Positions 44,345-57,614 of a DNA stretch of 64,000 nt are shown here, piece after piece; the stretch's first letter is position 1; each line of letters starts with the position of its first letter. The notes under the pieces were generated by a model that made no database searches, was not told where the DNA came from, and saw only the letters and a list, made by a program, of their open reading frames with translations. The translations under genes and the position numbers were made by a program. The stretch comes from Octopus vulgaris (Eukaryota). The DNA lies in the NCBI GenBank assembly GCA_951406725.2, contig OX597826.1, positions 54,808,001-54,872,000 on the forward strand, read 5' to 3'.

Positions 44345-44800
44345 GTTTTACCGTGGACATCTTGTAGCACCAAACTTATACCGAGAGAACAGTAAATCAG
44401 TTATAGATACACGAAATACAAATAATTTGTTAAAGTCAAAATTAAAATGCTTAATTAAAACTTTTACTTTTAATTAACTCAAGAAATGGAAAATTCTGAT
44501 CCAAAACGCTTTTAGTAAATTCATACGTTCGTGTGTGCACGTATGTGTGTGTGTGTGTGTATGTGTGTGTTTGTGTGTGTGGGTGTATTTATGTATGTAT
44601 ATATGTGCATATAACGAATTTACTAAAAGTAAGTTTTTGGTCTACAGGATTCCATTAGCTTACTTATCTTGATTAAAAGGAAGAATTTTAATTAAACATT
44701 TTACTTTTGACATCGTCAATTTATTTGTATTATATTTATATCAAAGTTACCATTCTCTCGGTATAAGTTTGGTGCCACAAGTCGTCCACTGTAGAAGTTT
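44345..44800. repeat. Imperfect ~180-bp inverted repeat around a (TG)n spacer
   Basis: GTGGACATCTTGTAGCACCAAACTTATACCGAGAGAA (~44354) versus TTCTCTCGGTATAAGTTTGGTGCCACAAGTCGTCCAC (~44753); inner ends TTTTAGTAAATTC and GAATTTACTAAAA. Confidence 0.8.
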
Positions 44801-44829
44801 GATTTATAAACAAGAATAATGAATTGCCA

Positions 44830-45370
44830 AATGAAGCCACTTAGATTAAAGTTGTTATGAATCTGCTCGTCCAAATTTCGAAATATAATTGGGCTCTTTG
44901 AATAGATACATGTCTAGTGTCCAACAGCTTGGTGCCTGACACGAAAGTGCCTACGAGAAATATGCAATATTAAAAGAATTCGAATGGATTATGTTGCATT
45001 GTCTGTTGCGGTAGGATTAACAAAGTGTTCGGACCATACGTAGATGGGTCCGCTCGAAAAATAACTGCAGTCTCTTCCTAATGTTGGTCCATTTAACGAT
45101 TAGCCTGTTACCAGTTCTGGGAGGCGTGGGATGTTAACACCAACGATTCGTGCCCCAAGGACATGGGGATAGAATGCTGCAGAAAAGAATCCCAAGACAG
45201 ATTTTTCAAGCCAACAGGTAGAAGAGCTAGGGGTAGACAAACAAGGAATTGGTTGAATAATATACATTGTCTGTTAAGGTCACGATTGGGAATCCGGCCA
45301 GGAAAGTCTGATGACATGTGCTTTTGATAGGACAGTATAGAAGACTTTACTTGTACGACCCCTCCAGAAA
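44830..45370 (+). mobile_element. RTE-clade LINE 3' remnant
   Basis: KRIPRQIFQ..TGRRARGRQTRNWLNNI..RLGIRP..DRTV* resembles the RTE C-terminus (GxRxRGRPxxRW..DR..W). Confidence 0.65.
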
Positions 45371-45707
45371 TAATGGGCGAAGATGAATGGCATGGATATC
45401 AGCCATATTTTGAGGTATCGATGTATATGTATTGAAATGATGCGCATGCGTTCATCCGACAAAATATTAATGATAAACGCAATCTATACAATTATTCCAA
45501 ACACTTTTGTTGCCTAGCTTTCATAAATGCTTATATTTTATTCTTTGAGAAGTTTTATATTTAATTTTTTTCTTGAAAATCTAAATAGCCGAAATCTGAA
45601 CATTTTTTTTTTCCTTTTTTGCACGTATTATAAATTGATCCTTAGATTCATACCTTTAGTGTTGCACTCCGAGTTTCCATCGAATTCAAGCCAAGTAAAG
45701 ATAAATA

Positions 45708-46345
45708 ATAGAAATATTAAAATAACTAAGTCTCTCTAAAAGAGAACAGCGGCAGCGTTCCCGGAAAATAATAGTTATCGCCATACTAATATGGCATTCT
45801 TATAAAAATAAGAAAAAAGCTGTCCGCTTATTAGCTCCATGAGGCCATCGCCTTAAGTTAGCTATTTGATACACAAACTGTATCCATATAACCTTCGAAC
45901 AAGGGAGGTCAGTCGCTCCACACTACTTGACCGGCAGCTACAGACGCGTTTCGGGGTATTGCCCCTTTTCAATGCAGCGTAGCCAGCCAGTAGGTGTCGC
46001 TTCCGACAATCTCTGTTCGATGGTTTTATTTACCTAGTTTCGGTGGAATACATCCACTTGTTTTCAATAATAGAAATATTAAAATAACTAAGTCTTTCTA
46101 AAAGAGAACAACGGCAGCGTTCCCGGAAAATAATAGTTATCGCCATACTAATATGGCATTCTTATAAAAATAAGAAAAAAGCTGTCCGCTTATTAGCTCC
46201 ATGAGGCCATCGCCTTAAGTTATATGGATACAGTTTGTGTATCAAATAGCTAACTTAAGGCGATGGCCTCATGGAGCTAATAAGCGGACAGCTTTTTTCT
46301 TATTTTTATAAGAATGCCATATTAGTATGGCGATAACTATTATTT
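45708..46345 (-). mobile_element. Non-autonomous HHR-bearing Penelope/retrozyme-like insertion
   Basis: 362-bp period (45704 versus 46066); 128-bp inverted arm 46219-46346; 12-bp TSD TAAAGATAAATA at 45696-45707 and 46346-46357. Confidence 0.85.
45937..45978 (-). ncRNA. Minimal type-I hammerhead ribozyme, U3-A8 core variant
   Basis: Minus strand GCTGCA TTGAAAA GGGG-CAATA-CCCC GAAAC GC GTC TGTAGC. Confidence 0.75.
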
Positions 46346-46954
46346 TAAAGATAAATACTCATACCGAAATAAGTGGTAACTTTTGCAGATATTTCCCAGA
46401 AATATTTAATAAATAAATAAATAAACAAACAAATCTGCTAATCATTGAAAACACAACAAATTGTAGCTATGGTAACATACCAAAAAGAAAAGTGCAGCAG
46501 ATAAAATATTTTCCACTATTTAATTACATCCATTTACATTCGGAGTTCATGAATTTCTGAGTTTGATAAGGTATACAAGAAAAGTAAAAGGAATGACATA
46601 ACTTCCCCTCTTCTCTCTCTCTCTTTTCTCTGTCTTTCTCTTTTGCTCCTTCACTCTCTATTTGTTTTTGTCCATCACTCTTTCTCTCTCTCTCTCTTTC
46701 TCACTCTCCCTTACTCTCTCTTACTCTCTATTACTCTCTCTTACTCTCTCTCTCCTCCCCAAATTGTCCAGTACTGTATCTGGGGTAGAAATGATTTTAA
46801 ACTGGTAAAATCCTCTCTGGCTCTGTGGTTCTATCCAGTATTGTGTTTTCATATGAAGTAACTAGATTTTTTTGCTCGGGAACTTACGCTAATTGTAATA
46901 TGAATTTTTTATTGCTTTAACTTATAGTAGCGTTGGTAGATTATGAGGGGACAA

Positions 46955-47168
46955 ATAATCCTTTCTACTATGAGTACAAAGTCTGAAATTTTACGGGAGG
47001 AGGCTACTCGATTGCATGTGCTAGACTGGTACTTAATCTATCGATCCCCAAAAAGATGAAAGGCAAAGCTGACTTTGGCGGAATTTGAACTCAGAATGTA
47101 AAGATTCGGCAAGAATGCTGCTAAGCAATATCTCCGACACGCTCCCGATTCTGCTGGCTTGCGACTTC
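46955..47168 (-). mobile_element. Family-B SINE (tail type 2), diverged
   Basis: GATGAAAGGCAAAGCTGACTTTGGCGGAATTTGAACTC core on the plus strand; tail complement AATAATCCTTTCTACTA. Confidence 0.82.
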
Positions 47169-48325
47169 CAAAGTGAAAAATAATGATAGATAATACCGGA
47201 GAATACATTGTTCAGTGGTTAAAAAGATCGCGTTACAACCACGTGCTTTCAGGCTTAGTCCCTCTACGTAGTAGCTATGAAATATGCCTTGTAAGTGAAT
47301 TTGGGACACAGAATCTGAATGGAAAACTTACATGAGTGTACATATATGCAAAGGGGCAAAGCCCTCCACCCCTTCTGTGATGAAATGGCTGTAGGATGTC
47401 TAGAGTTACTCTCCAAGGCAAAAGTCCAGGCAAGTTTGTTTATGGAAGACACATATACATACATATATGTATGTATGTATATGTGTCCATTTGTTCGAAA
47501 TTTCTCTCTCGCCCACTCACAATAGGCGTTAGTTTGCTTCTACATTCGTGACTTAGTGGTCTGGCATAAAGACATGATATTTAAAGCATCTAAATTGAAA
47601 ATAATCGTTGGGGCATAAAGAGTAGTGCCCCATCACTGTGCAGTCCAATAGCAATAGTAAAAATAAAAAACAGAGTAAAAGACTGTATATGAAAGTTGCA
47701 AATCGATCTCCATTATAACTAGGCGCATATTCACATTGACTGACAAATAGCGTCACTCTTTGACGTGTATCCCAGTATTGCAATGCAAATAATTACTCCT
47801 ATTAGTTCGCTAGTACTTATTTTATTAATTCAGACCTTATACACGAAAGGTAACATTGACCAGGGCCTGATACGAATTCATAGAATAAAAACACAAAATA
47901 TTGTAAGATATTTTGTCCGAGACCTTTACAAATTCTGACAATCGAAAACTGAAAACAATAAATATAACTTAAGACGCAAAGAAACAAAATAAAACAAACA
48001 AAAAAAAACAACAAAAACAAACAGAAATATATAAACAATATTAACAAGAAAGGTTTTTATTTGAAAAATGACGTGATATGAGACAACAACAAGAAAAACA
48101 AAAGCAAAACAAACGACAAAAATGTACGCAAAACCAAGACATATTTGTCTTCAAATCTGTCAGAATTTGATGGGAAACAATTATTGAGAGATTTTTCACG
48201 AAAAGAAGTCTTTGAGGAATGGTCAGATTCAGACAGGACTCAGAGACTAATTCATCTTTCACATGATAACTCTACTTTGTGTCTAGAAACGTTTTTGTCA
48301 AAACAATTCTGTATATGAATGTGAA

Positions 48326-48365
<40 letters not shown>

Positions 48366-48399
48366 CATGTATATACATATATGTATATATATATGGATG

Positions 48400-48434
<35 letters not shown>

Positions 48435-48761
48435 GTATGTATATGTATACATATATACATACACACATATATATATGTATGTATATATATTTACACACAT
48501 ATTTGTATATATATATATGTATCTATATATGTGTACATACATAATATATATGCATATGTTTATCTATATATATAAGCATATATATATTCGTGAGTGAATA
48601 TATATATATAAACTCATATATATATATGTATGTGTATATGCATCGATACATTATATATACATATACATTAACAAACAATTTAATTTTATATATATGTGTA
48701 TAAATATATGTATCTATATATGTGGGCATATATTACATGTATATATTATGTATATATGTAT

Positions 48762-48816
<55 letters not shown>

Positions 48817-49329
48817 AGTGTGATTATATAATATATGAAATATATTCGTACATGCACGCACACACACATGGTAAAAATCCTTTAGAATATTTGCTTCGAA
48901 TGTCTTCAATCTGTTTTGAAATTCGTCATGTTTTCCTTCGGGTTCGATAAAAAAAGTACAAATCTGCGGTGTCTGATTAACAGAATAACTGCATAAGTTA
49001 GAAGTTAGACTCCTAAATTTCACAGCATTTACATTCGATTTTCTTTTTGAAATTTCCGAATGTGAAAGCGCGTGGAATACTGTTCAGGGGGTTACAATCA
49101 AGATTACAACATCCTGGTTTAAAATGTTCGTGTTGAGAGGTGCGTTGTGCTATTCTTCAAAGCACTTGATTTTAATTTAGCAGTAAACATGCAATTCTGT
49201 GACGGACTGGCGTTTCGTTTCTATTACTTACAGGCCATGGAAAATGAGTAAACGGCCCCATACGTTTTAAGATTCTAGACAGTAATGTTCAAGGGACTGA
49301 TGATGATGAGGTCTGGAGAAAGGGGACTG

Positions 49330-49570
49330 TGTCTAGGTATTTTGTAGACGTTCTATGACCAATGAAAGAGGTGTAATTAATGTTACACTTGTAAGTTTGT
49401 AAGTCAACTCCAGCGCAAAAGACATGAGCTGGAAGGGAAATACAGAAGATGTCGATATATTTGAAGGGAAGGACCAGGATTTTTGATAAGTGGAGGTTCT
49501 GTCGGATTTGGACAAAATCAGGCTGATGAGAAATGGGGAGAAGAGAACAAATACATTACATGACATTGTT
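49330..49570 (-). mobile_element. Possible L2/Jockey/I-group LINE 3' remnant
   Basis: Minus-strand SLPAHVFCAGVDLQTYKCNIN resembles the common WNSLP..VF...LQ.FK C-terminus; weak. Confidence 0.35.
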
Positions 49571-49753
49571 AATACATACTATATAATCTGGCCTTGGTTG
49601 TGATGGATACATTTTAGGCTTTTTGAACATACTGTAGTATTTTATTGATAATCATCAATAGAATACTATAAGCAGCTGACCAAATATATTACATACAGAC
49701 AAACAATACAACTGTGCTTATTTAGAATAAGCTATAGATAAAGAAAACTTGAC

Positions 49754-49882
49754 TGTGGTAAGTAGCTTGCTTACCAACCACATGGTTCCGGGTTCAGTCC
49801 CACTGCGTGACACCTTGGGCAAGTATCTTCCACTATAGACTCGGGACCACCAAGGCCTTGAAAGAAGCCCGTCGTATAAATG

Positions 49883-49917
<35 letters not shown>

Positions 49918-50137
49918 ATATGTTTGTGTGTCTGGTTTGTCCCCCCCCCCAACATCGCTTGACAACCGATGGTGGTGTGTTTACGTCCCCGTAACTTAAC
50001 GGTTCGGCAAAAGAGACCCGTAAGAATAAGTACTAAGCTTACAAAGAATAAGTCCTGGGGTCGATTTGTTCAACTAAAAGCGGTGCTCCAGCATGGCCGC
50101 AGTCAAATGACTGAAACAAGTAAAAGAGTAAAAGAGT
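49754..50137 (+). mobile_element. Family-A SINE, 5'-clipped with an internal deletion
   Basis: Near-consensus body and tail; imperfect flanking duplication GATAAAGAAAACTTGACT and GATAGGAGAAAACTGACT. Confidence 0.92.
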
Positions 50138-50581
50138 GATAGGAGAAAACTGACTTCAGTTTTGAAATCGGTATGTCAATTTTAGTCTAAATCAAGTGAA
50201 AATAAAAGCAAACATAACACAAATTGTTCCCCTGTGCTATCAATAGGATTTTCTAATTTGATGCAATCTCTAACTATTATGTTTGAGGAATTTTGTAATG
50301 AACTCTTCATGTATCCATTCAATGTTCAAACTGACGGTATTTCCCTTTCGTTGATACGTAAATAACGCGTATGTAACTATATCTATATCGGTATGTATGT
50401 GTGTATGTATGTATGTATGTATGTATGTATGTATGTATGTATGTATGTATGTATGTATGTATGTATATCCTATCCATCTTTTTGTTTGTCAATCTGTCCG
50501 TCTGTCTGTCTGTCTGAATATCTATCTACCTACCTATAAATCATTCTCTGTATATGTGAATATATATATGTGTGTATGTGC

Positions 50582-50623
<42 letters not shown>

Positions 50624-50633
50624 ATGTGTGTAT

Positions 50634-50664
<31 letters not shown>

Positions 50665-50929
50665 TATATAAATATATATATACATATATATATATGTATA
50701 TATGTATACATATATATACATATATACATGTATATATACACATGAATACACACATATGCTCTCATTTAAGCATGAATATATTATGGGTGAGTTGTTTGTT
50801 ATATGGGCTGTCGTGTCAGTGGAATTTACAGTGTAAATTATGCATATGATTTGTTGTGTATTTTAATCTAATAAATTATTTGTATTCTCCTTGCGATTGA
50901 TTAACACATATATATATACATACACACAC

Positions 50930-51019
<90 letters not shown>

Positions 51020-51138
51020 ATCAATTTACTTAGCGGTGCGTCTATTGTGTGGAAGAATCTAAAAATTGTTATCGATAAAGAGACGCAGAGCAAAATGTAA
51101 AAACCCTTTCAAAGAAGAATTCATAAGCGAATATATAT

Positions 51139-51190
<52 letters not shown>

Positions 51191-51201
51191 TTGTATGTAC
51201 G

Positions 51202-51238
<37 letters not shown>

Positions 51239-51322
51239 GTATATATATATATATATATGAATATATATATATGTATATATATATATACATACAGACAAAC
51301 AGATATATTCACACACACACAC

Positions 51323-51375
<53 letters not shown>

Positions 51376-51591
51376 CATTGACTGGAGCAGATGTCTACAC
51401 TATTTACACTGTATTTGTCTGTGTACATATAATTTTTTTTCTCATTTAATCACATCGACCTACACTATAATACATTTACATAATAATAATGATAATCATT
51501 ATAATAATAATAATAACAATAATAATAATCATATTTGTATGTATAAAATATATATATATGTATATATATACACATACACATATGCATTCAT

Positions 51592-51658
<67 letters not shown>

Positions 51659-51772
51659 ATATATATATACCGTTATGTAGGTAAAGCCTATACCAATATT
51701 TCGCATCTGTTTTCTCTCAATTTTGACATCTAACTTGCAAAACGTTCTCTGCAGTATACTATAACCATCTAC

Positions 51773-51821
<49 letters not shown>

Positions 51822-52101
51822 TATTCGTATATATATATATATATGTATTTATATATCAGTTTAAACAAAGTATACGCGGCACACACTACGTGTGCGAATA
51901 CGTGTGTGTGTGTGTGAGTGTGTGAGTCTGTTGGCGTAAATTTATTGTCGCATATATGCAATTGTAGCCTTTCTCCTTCGTAAACATGTCTGTTCCTTAT
52001 TAGAGAATGCTGAGTAGAGGAAAAATCTGGAATTTATATAAGTTTACGTAAAATTTATGTAAGTCAGTACGAATTATTCTTATATACATACATACATACA
52101 C

Positions 52102-52163
<62 letters not shown>

Positions 52164-52267
52164 GTATATATTTCTACATATATAAACTTGTGCGTATGGC
52201 CATCATTTATTGCTGTACCTCTCTACATCTAAACTTCCTTTCCTAAGAAGATACATATGCTCAGGCA

Positions 52268-52323
<56 letters not shown>

Positions 52324-52370
52324 GACACACACACACATATGTGTATATATATATATATATATATATCAAT

Positions 52371-52413
<43 letters not shown>

Positions 52414-53427
52414 GAAAGAGTGAGAGATTGAGGGAACTATTCTCATCCATGTGTTAGCGTAGATGCACATATGGTGATATTGATAGAATATCTAACTTAC
52501 GTGCGTGGTTATGTAAATTCTGTCTAAAATAATGTGTGTGTGCGCGCGCGCGTGTGTGTGTCTGTGTGACTTTGTGCGTGTGTGTGTGTGTGTGTGTCTG
52601 TGTGACTTTGTGTTTGTGTGTGTGTGTGTGTTGTGTGCTTGCGTTGTGTTAGTGGAGGAAGTGAAATTTCTGAGATGTATAACGAGACAGATCAAAATGC
52701 AGAGCAAAGAAAACACGTGGATTGAATAGAGAGGGAGAGAGAGAGAGAGTGAGAAAGAGAAAGAGAGACAGACAGACAGACAGAGAGTGTGTTTTTGTAT
52801 GTGCCTGTGTGTGTGTATGCATATATGTGTATGCAGATGCGTGTACGATTATCTGAATATGTTACCGAATAAATGTGCACGAGCAGCTACGTCTGTAAAT
52901 GTATCTATTTTTTGTGCCTGCATATAGACGCAATCACACACATGCACACACAGACACACAAGTCACATACAGTTACACACAAGTCACATACACTTACACA
53001 CGCACACACCACATTTAGTTCTACATACATGCATAAATGCTTATATCCACATGTGTATGTATGTTGAATCAAAAGTTTCTTCGGGTTTTCACCGATGTCA
53101 TGTGGCATCTTTTATCTTCATGTAGTGTCACTAATTTCATGCAAACTCTTCCTGTATCACATTTTCCGTTTGCTCACTATTTTGGTTTAAAATAAATCAA
53201 AATTTATATAGAGAGGTTAGGAGAGGTAATGGTGTCAATAAGACCCAAAGGTATCAGATAATGTTGAGTAATTGCTATGGACAGACAATAGTTAAGCTCC
53301 AGGTTTGGTGATTATGCGAATGAGGAGTCCAACGTAAGTCATATATCAGCATGTGTATACATATAAAAAAATTCAGAATGCGATAAAAAACCAAGGCTGT
53401 TAAGATTTGAGATCATTTATAAATGGA

Positions 53428-53480
53428 AGGTTGTACAGCTGTTTCCGGGATATTTTATATATCCCTTCATCGGAGACAGT
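53428..53480 (-). ncRNA. Degenerate type-I hammerhead ribozyme motif
   Basis: Minus strand CCGATGA A GGGATAT-ATAAA-ATATCCC G GAAAC AGCT GTA; 7-bp stem II; U4C core change; poor stem I. Confidence 0.65.
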
Positions 53481-53489
53481 GTGAGAAAA

Positions 53490-53850
53490 TAGTTAGTTTA
53501 GATAAGATATGAAATAGAGAGTGAAATGGAGGAATGAAAATAGACGTGAGATATGCAGGGATATTGCATCTGTAGATCCATTATTTAGGCAGAATTGTAT
53601 ACATATAAGATTCCAATACCTTGTGAGTAAGTTCCAGTAGTATTTAAAATTGGTAATTCCAAGTATAGAGTTTGTACATCGATTCAATAAATGAATTCAA
53701 TTTGTTGCACCCCGTTTTGCTCTATTGCGATACTTAGGCAACTGTTTTCCGAATATTTCACACTTCTTTTATTCATATTAGACTGCTTCATTTGCCTGTA
53801 AATGATAATATTCTCTATAGACATTATTTTAGGTTTTTTCCCCCCTCATT
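53490..53850 (-). mobile_element. Possible Penelope GIY-YIG C-terminal remnant upstream of the HHR
   Basis: KVLESYMYTILPK* resembles the ILESLxI...P.LN terminus; heavily decayed. Confidence 0.35.
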
Positions 53851-54410
53851 GTTGCTTCTCTTCACATTCATATCTGTTGTTATATCTCCCATAGCTTTGA
53901 TAACCCTGTGATATCTAGCTCCGTTAGGTTGTCATTTGTTTTCATGGTATATTCGTGTCTTTTTGAGCATTGTCGACTTGAAGATTTTCATCGCGCACTC
54001 TATGGTTTTCCTTACAATCTCATCAAAGTAAGCGAGCAGTACTATAATCGGGGCCTTTCATATATTTATTACATCTGTCTATCTTATCATGCTGCACCAG
54101 ATAGACTTCTGGCCAAGTCTTGAATCTTGCAAAGAAGCCGTACGATGAAAGCGGTTGAGGTGTGCTGGGCGAAATATATTCCTTCCGTCATGAAACATAA
54201 ATTTAATTTCCCGCAAATAAGATGCTGTACATATAATATAGATAAATGTGATCATGTATTGAGTGCTAGCATCGCCGGTGACTTTGAAAAATAACAATTG
54301 AGCTGAAGGAGAAAACATACAAGAGCGTTCTGTATGACACAGCCTCACACACACATAGAAACGATTACGCGTGAACCTATGCATGTATATATATATATAT
54401 ATATATATAT

Positions 54411-54953
54411 ATTAATCAATATAAGGGTAGCAAAAAATTCAATAGAAAATTTTTCGCCACCAGCGGTCTAGTGAGAAAGTAAAAATAGTCAACAGACTAT
54501 ATAATATACATTCAACAATAATATTAAGGAATGGCCTTAATAGGCCATTCAACTCACTAAAACGAGCAGCTAGACTCAAACCGCTAAATAGTAGTAATTC
54601 AGAAATCAAAGGAAAATTAACAACATTTACCCTAATCATCTTTGGACTATGCGTAGTTTCGACGTACTTTTTAGTAAACCAGCCTAATTAAATTAAATTA
54701 AATTAAAGAAGCCAGGAGTAATAAATATTCCACGAGGCAACAGCATCGATGCCCCGGGAATATATACTCTAAATTTTCAAAATCTACCGTCATCGCGCCA
54801 ACTTATCAGCAGCAAATATAAACTGCTGAATTAATTTCAGAATTAATTTCATTAATTAATCAATATAAGGGTAGCAAAAAATTCAATATAAATTTTTTCG
54901 CCACCAGCGGTCTAGTGAGAAAGAAAAAATAGTCAACAGACTACATAATGTAC

Positions 54954-54956
<3 letters not shown>
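54411..54956. mobile_element. 444-bp unit inserted as ~1.2 tandem copies inside (TA)n (Penelope pLTR-like)
   Basis: 102-bp direct repeat at 54411-54512 and 54855-54956; (TA)n on both flanks. Confidence 0.7.
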
Positions 54957-55024
<68 letters not shown>

Positions 55025-55129
55025 GATGTGTGTGTGAGTGTATATATATATATATAAAATATTATGTCTAGCAGGCTGAGTTAAAAAATTTCCCAATAAG
55101 AACGGCTGAGGTTCAAATGTATAGTTTGT

Positions 55130-55561
55130 CTTTTATACTCTAGGCACAAGGCCCGAGATTTTTTGTGGGGTGGGCAGTCGATTAGATCGATCTCAGTACG
55201 CAAGTGGTATTTAATTTATCGACACCGAAAGGATGAAAGGCAAAGTCGACCTCGGCGGAATTTGAACTCAGGACGTAAAGACAGACGAAATACCGCTAAT
55301 TATTTTGCCGGGCGTGCTAACGTTTCTTATTTCTTTACTGCCCAGAATGGGCTACACACAGAGGAGACAAACAAGGATAGACAAAGGGATTTGGTCGATT
55401 ATATCGACCTCACTGCGTAACTGGTACCTATTTAATCGACCCCGAAAGGATGAAAGGCAAAGTCGACTTCGGCGGAATTTGAACTTAGAACGTAACGGCA
55501 GACGAAATGCCGCTAAGCATTTCGCCCGACGTGCAAACATGTCTGCCAGCTCGCCGCCTTA
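55130..55561 (-). mobile_element. Head-to-tail dimer of family-B SINEs (tail type 1 then tail type 2)
   Basis: On the minus strand a complete monomer (55561-55327) runs directly into a monomer that starts at AGAAACGTTAGCACG and lacks the head. Confidence 0.88.
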
Positions 55562-56002
55562 AATGTGTAGTTTATATCAACATAATATAGCAGAGCTGTT
55601 GTCACTGACGTTGTCTCCCTTGCTCGCAGATTTTAGAGCTTTTTACTCCACTAATATTAAATACGCGAATCTTTACTATATGCTTGCATACATATATATA
55701 TATATGCATCTCTCTCTCTTTATGTCTTTCCACTCTCTCTCTCATCGTACGCACACACACGCAAATTCACACATGCCTGTATACGTACTCAGGTAAATGC
55801 ATGTATCTCTATGCAAGCACATAAACTAAAAGGAAATGTTTAACGGGCGAGGGCAACTGACACGTCCATGCATAACCATATATAACTACAAAAACCAATA
55901 ATCACAATGGACTCACATACGTATACATATATATAGAAAAGTCATCGACATATCAACGGCATACACACAAACCAGACGCACATTTAGAAACTTATATATA
56001 TT

Positions 56003-56056
<54 letters not shown>

Positions 56057-56452
56057 CACATATATATAGACATATACAACTCACACTAACATACAACTAC
56101 ATAGATACATAGAGAGATGCATCTATAGCCTACTAATGTACATCTGTTGTTGAACAACGGAGAATTTGACAGTCTCCGAATGAAGTAACGTAGCGTATAA
56201 AGAATGAATACAATGTAATTCAGAATTGGAAATCACCAAATTATATGTGCATATGTAAATTAAGTGTATATGTATGTATGAGTATAAGTATGTACGTTTG
56301 TGTGTGTGTATATGTATGTATTTACATACCTGAACACAAGCCAACATACATACAATAACATGTAATATGGAGATACGTGCGTGAATAAGTATATATTTAT
56401 ACACGCACGCACACATAGTTGTACACGCACAAATACACACTCATATACATAC

Positions 56453-56501
<49 letters not shown>

Positions 56502-56534
56502 TATATACATATATATATGCATATATATACATAT

Positions 56535-56626
<92 letters not shown>

Positions 56627-56907
56627 ATGTGTGTATATATATGAATACACATACACACAGAGAGGAAAAGGGACAGAGAAAGGGACAGTCAGACAGAGTA
56701 GGATGCATCATCTATCCCTGTATATCCAACTGTGAATATACAGTTATACATACATGGATTCGTGCATCTAAATATGCACATAGATGTCTTTATATGTCTA
56801 TGTATATAGATATAAATAGATACACAAGTGTATGTATTCATTTATATATAAATATATATACATATAAACATACACGAACAGGCAATTGCATACTCATATG
56901 TATATGC

Positions 56908-56944
<37 letters not shown>

Positions 56945-57002
56945 TTGGGTGTTAGTATATATATGCATGCATATATATATATATATATGCATTAGGTGTG
57001 AG

Positions 57003-57062
<60 letters not shown>

Positions 57063-57512
57063 TTAGGTGTGAGTGTATATATATATATATATATATATGC
57101 ATATGCGAGCGCGCTAGAATGTGTGTGCTTTTGTAAGAATGTGTGTCTCTTTGCATCGCATCTATTGTTAATACCTGCGCGTGTGTATGTGTGCCAATAT
57201 CATTACCAACGCGTAATAATTGCATAGAAAAGGAAACACATTTTCTAACTAAGACAGTTAAGATATATGCATTGCTTTCAGTTTATGATAAGCTGTGAGA
57301 TTTTCTCTGGTAATGACCAAGAAACGGAAGAAGTGCCTTTTGCCATATTTCCAATCTGGTGTATATATTTGAATAATCCTTCTGCTTTAGATATCTCTTA
57401 AGGCAATACTTCTCTTGCATTCATTTGTACATGCATGAATGTTTGTTTGTATTTGTATCTAGGTTTATATATGTCGATTTGCATGTATACGTTTATTTTG
57501 TGCATATATGTA

Positions 57513-57552
<40 letters not shown>

Positions 57553-57582
57553 TGCACAAAAATAAATGTATACATGCAAATC

Positions 57583-57614
<32 letters not shown>

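Noticed and set aside
56935-57080. CRISPR-like repeat/spacer appearance
   Set aside because: Spacers are (TA)n, the context is eukaryotic, and no cas genes are present
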